Shown: positions 1 through 13,314 of the stretch, piece after piece
Position numbering within the stretch: the first letter of the stretch is position 1
Layout of the letters: each line of letters begins with the position of its first letter
Assembly: GCA_907165135.1 (NCBI GenBank)
Contig: OU015569.1
Location: 6,076,001-6,140,000 of the forward strand
Reading direction: 5' to 3'
DNA: 64,000 nucleotides
Source of the DNA: Oikopleura dioica
Lineage: Eukaryota > Animalia > Chordata
Notes under the pieces: generated by a model
The model's input: the letters and a program-made list of their open reading frames with translations, nothing else
Database searches by the model: none
Told to the model about the DNA's origin: nothing
Position numbers and translations under genes: made by a program

Positions 1-60
1 AATGAGGTAACTGTATAAAAACTCGGTCTGCAAATGACTTTTCTCCTCTATTCCTAACAT
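1..60 (-). CDS. 5' end of an unidentified gene running off the window edge (MLGIEEKSHLQTEFLYSYLI..., or an internal exon in another frame)
   Basis: Strong acceptor TTTTAATTTCAG at about 72 followed by an ATG at 60 and an open frame to the edge; too short to identify. Confidence 0.25.
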   Translation of the reverse strand, partial: MLGIEEKSHLQTEFLYSYLI

Positions 61-437
61 GCTCCTGATACCTGAAATTAAAACAAAAAGCAAGCACTCT
101 AAGCAACTGAAATTATCACAAACAAGGAAATGGGTTCCTATATCTTGGTGGTAGGGTTCTCCTGGAAATATAAATGCTTTGTAAAGAGAGGATCGGTGAT
201 GTTTTCAGTGGTCTTAAAGAAAAACTAGCAATTGAACGATAAATTTCCTGCGTTTGCACATTGGGTAAATTTAAGCTGTTCGTTGTGAACATTTGCTGGA
301 CATCGCGGATAGATTGATAACTGAGATAGATCGAGAACTGCCTGATATTTGAACTGAATAGGTAAAATTGCCTTGGGATTCGTTTTCGGGGTGAAGAATG
401 AGGAGCGTGGAACATGGTCTTGAACTTTTTTGTGATT

Positions 438-2775
438 TTAGCACTGCGATTGCGGGGTGAAACGTGAGCTGTCAAGCGCAGGATCGTAAGGCTCGTAGGG
501 TTCGAAGGGGTCGAATTCAGAGTCTGAGCACACTGAGAGATTGAGTTTTGCTTCAAGACTGTTATCCAGTAACGAACTGAGTCCAAGGTCCTGATAAGCG
601 CCCGGATGGAAGTTTGGCTGATTCGTATTGCCAGGGTAGCCTTGTCCGGGGTGGTAGCCCGTACTCATATGACCACGGTAGGGATCGCTCCACTGTGCAG
701 GATCAGCCGACGAGATGTTGGGCTGCGAGTTCTGCTGATGAATCATATGCTGAAAAAAAAACACTAGAGAATGTGTCCTTGCTGTGAGAGTATTTACCGG
801 CTGCTGGTAAGAGTGAGCATGATGATCTTGTATTTTGGCGTGCTCATAATATTGCGCCCATTGGCTCGAGAGATTCTGCTGTTGCTGACTTCTGGGCTGT
901 TGGTGAGGGTTGTTTCCAGTGTTCCAAGGTTGCCATCCGTTTGCTGGCTGGCCTCCATACATGGGATACTGATTCCATCCTTGATTGACTGAATCTATTG
1001 GAGTTAAGCTTAAAAGCGGTCTTTTTGGTACCTGGATGCTGGTCGACTTGAGGCCACGGCCCGCCAATACCAGGCTGATTGCTTGGTGGAGGTGGACCGG
1101 GCGTGCCAGGATTCGGATGTAGCGAGAGATTATTCACTTGATTTGTCAACTGAGTAATCATTCCCTGATTAGGAGTCTGAGGCATCTGATGCGTAGGAGT
1201 ACCAGGGCCTGTATGCGAGTTCCCATGGATCTGCTAGGAATATATATGTAATTGAAAAAAGATATATTCTTACAAAATGATCCATGTTATGCGATGCTTG
1301 GCTATGCGTATTTGGCGGACCGATTCCAGCCTTATCTTGAATAAGTTTCTGGGCTTCTTGGATTTGTTGCTCCGTCCCACGGATGATAAAGGTCTTCCAA
1401 TTATCACCCTTGTCGCTAGCATTTTTCTCGATTTGAACAAACGCTCCAGAGTTCTCCTTGATCAGGCGAATATTTTCGCCGCCTTTTCCAATGACGACGC
1501 CGGCCCGGCTAGCTGGAACAGGGTATTCGACACAGTGTTGTCCTTGCCTGAACAAGACTAATAAGAAGAAGGAGAGATGGTCATGCACTTACATGAAACT
1601 TGAATCACTGTTGCCATGGAGAGGTGGATGCTGCTCCTGCAATTTTTGGCGCGCAATTTCAGAGATTCTATCGTTCGCCATTTGACAAGCTTCAGGAGTG
1701 CCGCTGATAGAGCATGAGCGCACGTCCTGAGTGGGATCGTCGGTTTTAAACTGGATCCTCGTGTTTGTCTCGTTTTGAATTTTGGAAATATTCTCGCCAC
1801 CTCTTCCAATGACAACTCCGACAGCGGCTTTGGGAACCTTAAAATCGAATTAACTTTCTAGAATCAATCGTTAAGAATTTGTTTTTTTTCTTACTGGACT
1901 CTTACCGAAACTTCGATTGAATGGCCAACAGTTTTCGTATTTATGATTGATGTTGCTGGTTTGGAACCGTCTTTCTGAGCCATCAGATTCATAATGGCGC
2001 CTTTGGCCGCCTCAACCTAGAATATAACTACTCATATCATTGAATTACGAAGATTTTTTACCGCTTGCGGTGTCCCAATGATCTTCAACGGTTTTTCTTC
2101 TCGAGTGATTTCAGCTGACTCCTTTGGAGATCAATTAATAAATTGTCCTTCGCTCTTTCTCAAATGTACCTGTACAAGGTGAAGCTTCACATTGAACTCC
2201 TGCATCAATTGCTTGAGCGTATTACCCCCTTTGCCAATGATGAGCCCACATTTATCTGGCGGTATCTGCATCTCAGTCTGCATCTAAATACGATTAGATA
2301 ATAATAAGTTCGCTTATTTGACTACCTGTCCCTGGTGCTTGTTCTCCCCATGTCCATAACTCATCCCATTTTCACGTGGTCCTCCCCTCGTTATAATTTC
2401 GTTCAGCTTCTGTTTTGCGTGATGAACTTGATGAAACGTACCGGTCAACGTACACGGTCTCTCACTTCCTCCAGTAGAATTGGGGACAATTTGAACGCGG
2501 CAACCGGTTTCTTGTTGAATCCGATTGATTTGCTAATAAAAAGAGCTAGAATGGTTTTAGTCAAATGTACGTACCTCGCCATTCTTCCCGATGATCAGAC
2601 CAACAAGTTGGTCTGGGACTGAGATGTTGTCCTGTATCTGCTGGGGGATAGGATGTGATTGCGGTGGGTTTAGACCATTCATACTCGAGTTCGCCGACGG
2701 GGTCACCACACCTTGAGCACCCGTTCTGAAAGTTTCCCGAGTAGTTACTTCGTTGAAAAGATTCACTCCGATCAT
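438..2775 (-). CDS. FUBP: Far upstream element-binding protein family (FUBP/KHSRP/PSI), 4 KH domains, multi-exon
   Basis: Four KH GxxG loops across spliced exons (VGLIIGKNGE, CGLIIGKGG, a third near 1780-1840, AGVVIGKGGE) plus C-terminal Y-rich motif (SQWAQYYE). The start may be the downstream MNGLNPP. Confidence 0.88.
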
Positions 2776-3220
2776 CAGAGAGTAAAACCAAAGAATTGTT
2801 TTTAAAATTTTACTGACCTCCTAGTTTATTCTAGAAGATTTTAAGTGGCAGTTAAATGAGATTTTTTCGTTCTGTTAACATTCGATAAATTCATTCGTGG
2901 AACACAAGTAAGGAACTGTAGGTTCACAGGACAAAGACAAAGGGTGAATACTTACAGTAGCATTCATAAGATTGATAGAAGTTCATTCGATAACATTCAC
3001 TTCTATCGAGCTAAGCCGATGTTTACGTTCTACTGAACCATATGAAATCATCAATGATAAAACACGAGCTTGGAATATAGAAAACCGCCTTTGACGATTT
3101 TCTTTTGAAATTTACAGAAGAAACTCGTCGTATATTGAAAATTGTTCATTTCATACAGTGCAGTTGCAGTCTGAGAGTAGTCAGGGTAGGGATAAATATA
3201 TATATTTATATAGACAATCT

Positions 3221-5575
3221 TTAATTATAACATTTTTTATTATTTGCGATTGGGTCTGGTCGCTCTCTCGAATAATGAATTGAGTTTTTTGAAATCTCGT
3301 CGAGCGTCCGACGGCGTTGGCGTTGTTGTGGACGGACGTCGCTCGATAGGGCAATCTCTAGACGAATTCGGCTCACTGATAGGGGATTGATTATCATTCG
3401 ATTGATGTCTTTTAAGTGTTGCTTATCAGGCATAACTCTGCTTTGGATACAAAATGTTCTTAATCCCTGACAAAACATAGAGAAAGAAGGATTTTCAACA
3501 TCCTCTGTTTCAGAAAAGTCCTCATCTGATGAAGCATAATCCGCCGAAACGATACCAAGAGTTGGACCGCTGGTAACTTGACTTCCACTGAAGCCTGTGT
3601 TGAGTACAGTTGCGCTCGCTAAATTGCTCTCTAAGAAAGTGTAATAATAGGAATAACCTACGTTTTTTACGCTTGGGATCATCATAAGGCGAAGGGTGGG
3701 CCTCAGGATTCAAAAGTTCTGGAGGTAAAGATCTCTTCGCTGCGTACGGATTTCTGAAATTCGTAAGGTAAATTTTCATAGAAGATGATTACTTTGTTGT
3801 CCGTGACACCTCAGCACCCCAGCTAAAGACGTCCTCAGTTTCTGTTTTCATTTTAGACGAGTTTTCTGCCTCTTTCTTTCCCTTTGCGCCAGTAAGGACG
3901 ATAGAAGCTCGAGGCGAATTAGAGCTTTTGGTGAAACTCGCGGGGTCGACCTTACAAAGAGAACTTACGGTTCGGTTTCACTTTGGGGTTTACCTTTTTG
4001 ACGAACGCATGATCAACCCCGATAACACCATCTGTGTCTGGTTGCACACTGTGAAGTGTATGCTGAGTTTTTGAGTTTGCTTCCTTTTCGGGACCGATGC
4101 AGTAAGTCCTTTTTGTACCTCGCGTGATGGTAGATCGGTTACTCGCAAATGTGACCTTGTAATCTTGCCCTACGAATCTTATATGGGAAATATATATGGG
4201 ATGAAATTATACCGGTAGGTCTATCCAGGTCACCAGTGCTATTCTTTCGCTCTTCATATTGCTTGACGGCAAGAGGCATTTGGGCCCCGGGAAGAGTAAT
4301 CCGCATATTTAATTTTTCAATGGATTTGGAAACATCGTCGCATGAGCGGAGGTTAATGATCGCTGCGCAACGGGTCTCTCCAGTAGCCGTTCGTAACAGC
4401 TTCACCTTTTTTGTAGCTATTCCGATGCCATTGAACAGATCTAACAAGATTTTATGCAACAAGTGGGAACCAATAAAGACCTTTAATTGTTGACTCCCTA
4501 AAGTCGACAGGAAGTCCACAAATATAGACCGACAAATCTGGGTCTATATCTTTCTTCTTCGGTTGCTTTTCGACTTGTTCACCACGCTTAGCCCTCGCAG
4601 CGGCTTTCCTTTCGGCCTTAGATTTTTGTTCCGCTTCGTCGTCAGAATGGTCAAGAAACTTAGTGGGACATTCCTCGTCGTCTTGCCATGAAGCATCACA
4701 ACCTTTTTGCCTTTTGAGCATCTCGACTTGGACTTTTACAGCGAACTCATGGGCGAAATAAATTTCATCACCGACCTGCAAATTGAAAGAATTGACATAA
4801 TCCTTGGACTTGAATCGGATGGAGTGGAAAGGACTTTTGACGGGACCAAATGTCTCGAACAGGACCCCAATAGGAATTCGATCTTTACGGAAAACCACAG
4901 ACCCCTGATCAAGAGGCTGTCCAGAGGTGTTTGTTGAAGCAACGATCGCCAAAATCGATGGCTCGAACATGATGCTTGAAATATGCCCTAATAACTCGAT
5001 CTTGGCACAGTCGGGGATCGTCATGCCGGAGACATCAGGGATGGGAGGGAGCTCGGAGGGCTTCAAGTCATGCTTAAAATTTCTTAATAAATCTTTCAGA
5101 AAACACTTAGATTTACTTTCCCACAGGGAGAGGCAAAAGCATTTTTTTCTTCTGGGGTAAGAGTTTCCCGAACTTTCTCGACTTTGGGCCGGAACTCTGC
5201 GACCATTTTTTCATAGTCTTCATCCTCAGATGACGAAGAGCTAGCATCTCCAGGTTTTATCTCCTGCTCAGAAATCTGATCGCAGGCCCGAGGAGTGATT
5301 GCCACAGGAATATACTCGTCAGATGTTACATTTTCATTCTTATTCTCCAAAACTGGGACGTACTCTTCTTTCTCGTACGTTTCGTAGCCCGCGACGAAAG
5401 CAGGAGCATATTGCTGGTCATCCCATTCGTCAAACTCATCCGGTTCCCCTCGTCCCATGTCATGCTCTTCCATTTCACGGAGAGCTTTTTCGAATTCATA
5501 CGCTTCTTTTGGGTCTAACATCGGGTGCTTTCTTTCATTTTTGCCCTTCGTAGAGTCGTCCGAGACGCTACTCAT
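3221..5575 (-). CDS. NAF1: H/ACA RNP assembly factor NAF1 with a C-terminal RRM extension
   Basis: Gar1/Naf1 domain (PLDQGSVVF...IGVLFETFGPVKSPFHSIRF) followed by the NAF1 signature KGCDASWQDDEECP...DHSDDEAE; acidic N-terminus. Confidence 0.85.
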
Positions 5576-5967
5576 AGTCTGAAGAAAGTCTAGATAGATG
5601 GGATTGATTATGTACTTTTATTAGCAGTTATTTAATTAGCATAAGAAGGTATGATATAATTACAACATTAAAGCACTAAATTGCCAAATACGGATTGATA
5701 AGCTGGATTGCGTTTTTGGTGTAGCGGTCAATGATTAATGCTGAGATGTTACTTGAGTCGGAAATCAGTAGCTGCAACAAAGAAGCAAACGTCGAAAAAT
5801 AGCTCTAATAAAATATGAAGGCGTCGACAATGCACTTTTTATTATTTTTCATAGATTATATTGGACAAGCACAGGTTGAAATCACTCGAGAAGGAATAAT
5901 TATGTCGAGAAGACGACTCTGCAAAGATAGAGCCTGTGTTGAGGTTTTCGTATAAGAATGATGCTAT

Positions 5968-7550
5968 CTAGTTGAGTGGAACAAGCACTGTCACGTAGTT
6001 TATCGGGAAGAAACCAGTCTTTCCATTTATTTCACCTTCGAACCAATTCTCATCTAAAAGTGTGTAAAATTTCCCGACATAGCGGCAAATTTTATTACCA
6101 ATTTGACTAGTCAAATGAATTATATCGCCTTCAGCAAATTCTAGCTCCCCTGGATTTTCGGGCTCGAAATCGTACAGTGCTACAATAGGGATAAGAACGA
6201 GACGTTATTTTTTAAGAGACTACCTCTACAAGAAGGCTTTCTAGGAGCATTGCTCGGCGTCCTTGCCGGTGCAACTGGCTGGTGTTGTTTCAAGGCCGAT
6301 GTTTCGAATGGATCGCGCTGAGATGTCGATATAGGATCACGCTAGAGTATAAAGAAAATCTTTTACGGGACAGACAATACCTTGAGAGTGATGTTGGCCA
6401 TTTGCTGGACAGGTGCACTGGAAATTGAGGATTGTCTTTGGTTGAGTTGCTGCAAGACTGGTCTTAGCGTTTCCGCACACTTAGCTAAATATTCAATTTT
6501 CTAATTAAATCGGTCTTTTTACCTCTTCGTGGAAGGTGATGAGGGACTGGACAAAGTGGCTTAGCTGGGCAACTTGTTCGATGTCATTACTAATAAAAGT
6601 AATACAGGTAAAGTGATAAAAACAAATCAGTACCTCAATAAATTATGCATAGAAGTTCCTGCGATTTGAATTGACTCTTCTAATTTTTCGTAGCTTTGCG
6701 TGACTTGCTCTTCGGTGACACCTTTTGTTCCCTGTTTCAATTTTCCTCTACGATAATCGTAATCAAGTCTCCTTCCGTGTAACTTCTCTCGCTGCTTTTT
6801 AATTTCTTTTATGTCTTTATCAACAAGCATTTGAAGCGGATCTAAATACTGTTATTAATTTTAGCTAATTTGATGAGATTACCTAGGAATTCAGCTTTAG
6901 CGTTGTCGTCAAGTTGATTTTTGGCGTCGGCAAGTTGACTCATCGCCTCTCCGACAACGGTGAGTGCGTTTCCGAAGTTTGACTCTGTTAGCTCCAGCCC
7001 CGCACGGCGCATCATCTTGCCCATCTTCTCTTCTAGCTGCTCAGGGCGCTGTCTATTTCCGTGAGTAATTTTGGAGTAACTAGTTCCAGTCATAAGATGG
7101 CCGCGCATGTTACGCCAGGGATGCACAGTCGAATGATGCACCTAGTCCTTACGGAGCACCGTTGGACACCGAAAAGAGCCGCCACTACAATTCGAGTAGC
7201 GGCCCGCACCAAATACTCACTTAGAATCGAATCCCTTTCTTGAATTGGGCTGCAAGTACTCTCTCGCTAAGGCAAGCAGCTCAACAGTCGACTTTTGCGT
7301 CACGTCCATTTTCCTCTCCATTTCCTAAGAACAGATATAGGACCGAGAAAGCGTTAAGACTTGTTCACCTTGAATGCTGGGTCCATTTCGGTTCTGCTCG
7401 GAGGGATCAACAAAAAATAGAAAAATTAGCTAGCTAAACACTATAAACATGGCAGAATGCAATTGTTGACCCAGCAAGGTTATCGGCATTTCCAACTTTT
7501 TCTGTCAGCGCCTGACTCGCTTTTCCGAACGTTTTCTTTAGGCCGTCCAT
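5968..7550 (-). CDS. SH3GL: Endophilin A (N-BAR + SH3)
   Basis: [21 protein letters not shown]-terminal helix, [18 protein letters not shown]-terminal SH3 ([14 protein letters not shown]...GFFPINYV). Confidence 0.9.
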
Positions 7551-8139
7551 CACGCGTCTAGGTTTAAGCCGTTTTTTAGTATAATCATCTTATATTGGTC
7601 GACATTTGCCAAATAAATATTTTCGTCTGTCTTTCAGACGCCCGAAAATTAAGAGCTTTAAATTTGCAACCAAATAACCTGTCCGCTAAGGAAGGATTTT
7701 TAATCGACAATTTAATGCATTACAACTGCATTAAAAATCCTGTTTAACTAATCTTAGGCCCGTTTTTATCGACTTCTCTGAACATCGACTCGACAAAAAA
7801 AATAAGCGATTTTCGGAGAAGATGGGCAACTGGGAAACATGGTGAAAAAAAGATTCGACTCAATAAAGGAATTTATTTTTAGCGAAAGGAAAAAGTGATG
7901 CATTCGGATAATCAAGTAATTATCAAAAAGAAAAGGTGCGTAAATGATTACTTGGAGAAAAAGGCTGAGAGCGAGATTGTTATTGGGAAGATCAGTTTCT
8001 GTTTACAGTAGTATTGAAGGTTATCGCGCAAGATTGAAGAATTCTGGATAGGGAAGAAGTAAGGAACAGTAGTAACAGTGGTGCTTACAAACTACGGGGA
8101 TTATATCTATACAGTGGAAAGAAAGAGGATTGAATGTCT

Positions 8140-9510
8140 TTAAGGCAAAACAGGAGACGCATATGTTGAAGGGAAGTGACCCTTTTCGCCACTAGCGGTC
8201 ACTCCTTCGCACCAGCCTATAAACGAAGTAAAAATAAATTTTCAGGTAAAGATGAACCTTGTTCGTCGGCGGCGCTGAGCTTCATAAACTCCATTCCAGC
8301 GGTCAGTTTTAACTCGCCCCCAGATTTTGGTTCATAATCGTAAAGAGCGTAGACTTTCTGGGTAGAAGAACCATCGAAGCTCTCGCGGCGCACTTCCGTG
8401 CCCGATGTTTTTCGAACAGGCTCGATTCCAGGGTCGTCAATTTTGATACTAAAAGTCAGTTCGTTGTTTTAATTCCGCATTTGTTTTTAACCTTTTGGTG
8501 CTCTTGATTGTTCCGTTGTTATTGTTTCCGTTGGCGTTAACGGCTGAATTCTTGTTTTCTTCCGGCTCGAAGTCAGGAAGAACCAGATCTTTGCCAAAGT
8601 TGACTTTTACGTTCCAAGTCTCCAGATCTGCGGCAATGTTGATGCTGTTAATCGCATCGTTGCCCATCCTCGTCTGTTCCGCCAGTTTTTGGTCGTACTT
8701 GGACAAATCGGTGATGCTCACGTAATCTCGGAACAGCGAGGAGAGGAACTCAATTTTCTTTTGAGCGTACATTTGCGATCGCTTGTGGATTCTCGTCATT
8801 TCCGCCACGTAAATAGGTGCCATTTGCTCCACTTCCACCAGGAGGTTTTTGTACTTTTCCTCCGATACCTTCAAGTCGGCAGTCTTTGCTTCCGATTCTG
8901 CCGAATCACTTGTTGCTTTCTGGGCGACAAGTTTGTGATAGTGTTTCTTTTGGGCTGCGAGTTTTTCGTTCACTTTATTCCACTTCTTTTGCGCTTTGGC
9001 GAAATCCTTCTCGAGATCTTCAAATTCCTTGTATCCGCCAAAGACTTTCGGCTTGTAGGTGTTCTTTTTCCATTCGTTAGTCTTAATCATAATTAAATAT
9101 TAATTCCCCTCAATTAGAATAACAGTGGCGCGGTGGTATTTACCTCGGTAACGCATTGGTTCACCAAAGCCCTTGACATATGTTCGTGAATCCTGATGAC
9201 AGGCTGCGTCGTCTCCAAAATCTGTTCACAGGCGCCCTGATGAGTACCGTACAGAGATGTCTTCTTGAACTGAGCCGAGTAACTGTCCCTCCACTTTGTC
9301 AACTTCTTAGCGTACTCGGCCTCAATCACGGACCGCTCTTGAATGCACTTGGCAAAAAGAGCTGCATGTTCAATGTCTCCATTTATTCTGAATCACAAAG
9401 CGTCAGAGCAAAACTACAAATGAGGGTCACCTGTCCAAATCAGCCTTATAGCCACCGTTCTCCCAGAAATTGACAGGCTGAGGCTCTTTCGACTTTTCCT
9501 TGACCGACAT
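8140..9510 (-). CDS. PACSIN: PACSIN/syndapin (F-BAR + SH3)
   Basis: NFWETGGYK, CIQERSVIEAEYAKKLTKW, DFAKAQKKW, SH3 (ALYDYEPKSGGEL...GWCEG...GHFPSTY). Confidence 0.88.
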
Positions 9511-9845
9511 GTTCTTTAAATATTTGCGTTAAAGTTGAAGGAATGTTTCGGGTGTATCTTTGATGCACATTGGGAGCCTCCTGTTAAGTTCTAGCGAGTT
9601 TTTGTTCAACAGTAATGCTCATCAATAAGATCATTTCGGAAGGGGATCAGTGGACATAAAAAGGAACTGAATGCGATGCGCTAAAAGGTACATAAATTAT
9701 GACAATTCTAATTGGTATTTAGAAGAAGAATGAAGAAGAGGTCGCTGAGAGGAGATAATTCTGAGAGGAGGTCATTGTGTTGAAAGAATAAACGTGACAT
9801 TAGTTAAAATGAGGCAAAAAGGTAGAAAAACAAATGCTGCGTCGA

Positions 9846-11026
9846 TCACTTTTTTGACTCCGGCGCTTTCAGGATTTCGTCATTTTGTTCGGACAGTGAG
9901 AAACTGCGATTCGTACTTCCCATCACCTTCGAGCGGCAATCTCTTGTAGTTCCATTATCTGGCTTTTTAAATTTTGATCTGAAAAGCTGGTTTTCGCATA
10001 AAATTTAATATGACATTCAAATCGCTGACGCGTTGTATGCTTTGCTGGCGTACCTGCACCAATTTGTAACGCTGGCGAGGCCGTTTGTGAAAGATTGCTT
10101 TCCCTTCGGACGCGCATCTTTCGTAGAGGCACTAGCCACCCAGCCCGCTGGCGAGTTTGAGTTCTCGTCTATTGGAAGAAATCCGAAGCTAGAGCTTGAG
10201 CCCGATTCCGAGGAACTAATCGTGGGCCCGCCAAAGCCCGCATCGTTGCCTAATGATCCAGCCTGGAATGGGGACAGGAACACATGCGTCGGACTGGGCG
10301 AACGATCCGATGATCTACGGCCACGTGAGCGTCTACTGCGCGACCTCGTTTGAAAGATTTCGTTTTTCTGAAGCTGCCGTGCGAGATGTGCATCTTCTGA
10401 AATAATTAACAATCATGATCGAAGAACATGATTAAAAAACCTTCTATTTGAGTGATTTCTCGATGATTGGCATGTCGACCGAAGGAGTTCGTCTCCCCTG
10501 AATTCCTAGCGCGAAGATATCGAATTGAAGGGGAAGGAATCGAAGGGGGTGCCGCAGGTAGTCGATTTCCTATGATAGGCGGTCGTAAACGCTCACTGAA
10601 TTTATTAATGAGTGAGTAAGCAATGAGAGACAAGCTGGAATGCACCTTTCCACGGGAGGACATTGAAGGGCCTCTCGATATGAGGGAAGCCTCGGGGATC
10701 TACTAACTAATCGTCGCTGCACAGAGTCATCGGGTACTTCTGTCAAGTCTTCGCTTACTTCAAATAAGGGAACGAATCTCTCTTCGTCAGATGAAATCGC
10801 CAGTAGCATCTCCATTGTTGATTCTACATCACCATCATTGCGCCGCTTTATGTGGGATATAAATTTTGCTTTCGTCAGAGACAGAGAGTGGATAATAAGT
10901 AGAAATCAAATAACTATTTTTATCCCTTGTCAATATTTTTTCAATTCCTTCGGGAGATATTTTCGGAAACATTTGGCTGAACTGTTCTATCGCCTTGTCA
11001 TACTCCAAAACGTTCTCAATCACCAT
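9846..11026 (-). CDS. CUEDC1: CUE-domain protein, CUEDC1-like
   Basis: LEYDKAIEQFSQMFP...ILTRRRNDGDVESTMEMLL CUE domain, restored by a GA-AG intron (10924-10846), and a downstream ISEDAHLARQLQKNE motif as in CUEDC1. Confidence 0.65.
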
Positions 11027-11880
11027 TCTATTAAAATTTAAATTAAGACTTCTCAAACAAGCTAATTTCTTTAGACCCATCAAAGATTTGTTAATTATCG
11101 TGGAAATATTTGCTATTCTAATCAGAGCGCATATAAATCACTCTTTATTTGCCCCCGAGGATTTTTATTTTGAAAAATAAATCGAAGAGTCATTTTTTAT
11201 CAAAGTCTTCAAAGTCGTTTATTCAAGTGGTTGTCTTATGAGCTAATGTGAAAATTGACAAAAGCGCTTATAAGCTAAAACACTAGAAGCGCTGTGTAAT
11301 ACTACATTAGAATTACGCTGTTTTTAACGGTTGAGGTGACTTGGAACATGTTAAAAGAATAAAATCGTCGTGAGAGTTAGTATTACCAAAAAAAGTAGCG
11401 TTTGTTCAACAGGAAATTAAAACGGGGTTCCTGACTTTCACTCTGATTGTTAATGCTCACTTTCAGTAAGCATCTTTTAATAAACAACGGTTTCAGTTAT
11501 GAAATAGGTAAATGTAAAATGAGGTTATTTTCTGTTGAAAGAAATGCTGAACCCAAAAAAGGAAAGAACACAATGTTAAGGGTGCGAGAAGCTGGAGGAA
11601 GGGAAGGTCGGTTACAGGTGATAGGAGAAAGCTGTACAAAAGGAAGAAAGTGAATGAAGACTTTTCGTATTTCAGTGGTGATTCTTCAAGACTTGCTAGA
11701 GGGTAAGAGCCTTTTAGCCAAGGTGAAAAGGTAATTAGTATCAATAAAGCAGAAAGAGGCTTTGCGATGAAGTAAATGGATATAATTTAGAAATAAAGCG
11801 GTGTTAAATATTAAGGATAAAAAGCTAGAACAATGTGAGAAAAAGGCATTTTGATGGCACGAGGGGTAGAAGCAATACTT

Positions 11881-12923
11881 TCAGTCTTCTTTGAGTTCTG
11901 CAGCGGTGTCGTAGCGAATATCTTAAAGGTCAAAAACGGAAATGGCGATGACACTCTTACCTGTGGCATATTCGCCAGCAGACTTCTTCCAGCCTCCGAG
12001 AAAATCGGTTTTTATTAATCGGTAGGCAAAGACGGCAATCATCAGGTTGAGAATATTAATGGAGATGAAAACGAGTGTCGTGTTGAAAGGGTGCTCGGGA
12101 TCGTTCAAGAACTTCCAAGTGTGGGCTGTGATGCGAGTGTGGAAGATCAAACGCACTCCACCGTAGCACAAAAGGTTCAACCATCGGAAGTTTGAGTAGA
12201 AGCTGAAATTGGAAGGAATATAAACTTTGCCATTTTCAATTATTCGAACCTGGAGTTTTTAGGGTTGCGGCCAGACATTTTCAAAATCATTCTTATATGA
12301 AGAGTAATGTTAGCTAGTTCGACGGCCAGTCCAACTGCAATTCCACCAACAAGCGCTTTGTGGTGGCCCAAGTAGAACAAGTGACCTTAAAGTTTAAACA
12401 GCTCGATTGGAACTCTTGAAAGCCTTCATTCTCACCGAACACAATTGCGTGGTGGACCAACAGATCAAGTGATTTCGAGAAGCCAGCTCCTTTGATCATG
12501 TCTATGGCATCGTAAAGGAAGTACCCAAAGGAGCAGCATGCCATTCGCATCACACTTTGATCGTAATTGTTCAGATCTCTGAAGAGCGCGGGGTTTCGAA
12601 TCAGAAGCACGACTGCCCAAACGCCTAGAAAGAGTTGTTGATTCTAGCTACTGGCTCTATCTTATTTGTATACTAACCTACTAAGATAGCATGAATAAGC
12701 GAGGTCCGTGTATTCTCAAACTTCCATTTTCTTATGGGATCAACTTCTGCTTGAATCTTTCTTGGAGTATGTTTGACGCCTATTTTTGTGATGCGAAGCC
12801 TATTTTTGTTTGCTGTTTTCAACAAAGAGTTCGTGATCACTTCCCTAGAGTAGCCATAATATGATGAAAATTTCTCGCGATGTAGATCCAAATCAAGAAC
12901 CACATTATAGTTAGGCCAAACAT
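11881..12923 (-). CDS. TLC-domain membrane protein, TLCD1/TLCD2-like
   Basis: N-terminal TM (MFGLTIMWFLIWIYIA), DPIRKWKFENTRTSLIHA, SFGYFLYDAIDM, LLVHHA, RLIKTDF. Confidence 0.75.
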
Positions 12924-13314
12924 GTTCGCTACTTTTCGATTCTATTCGTGTCTTAATGATCGAAGTGTCAGATGCTTTTGTAGAGAAAATCATTTTAGTC
13001 GAGTAATAGAATAAGTGAAAATAATTTTTTTGTTAACGTCACGGGTAATCAAAAAATAAACTCAAGAGAAATGTGAACGAATTTCCGCGGAGAATCGATT
13101 AACTGCTGAAGAAGTGCTAGAAGTTTGACATGTGGTGGCATTGAAGAGAGTATGAGAGAATGTCAATTATTGCAGATTTGGGAGTTCCTATAAAATTACA
13201 GTTCTTTGAATTGGTGAAACGGGGTGAATACGGAATCGAACTTGGACAGTATTTTTTCAATATCTCTTTTTAATTTTAGAAGCTTGAGAACATGGCGAAG
13301 TCAGTGTTGCATTT

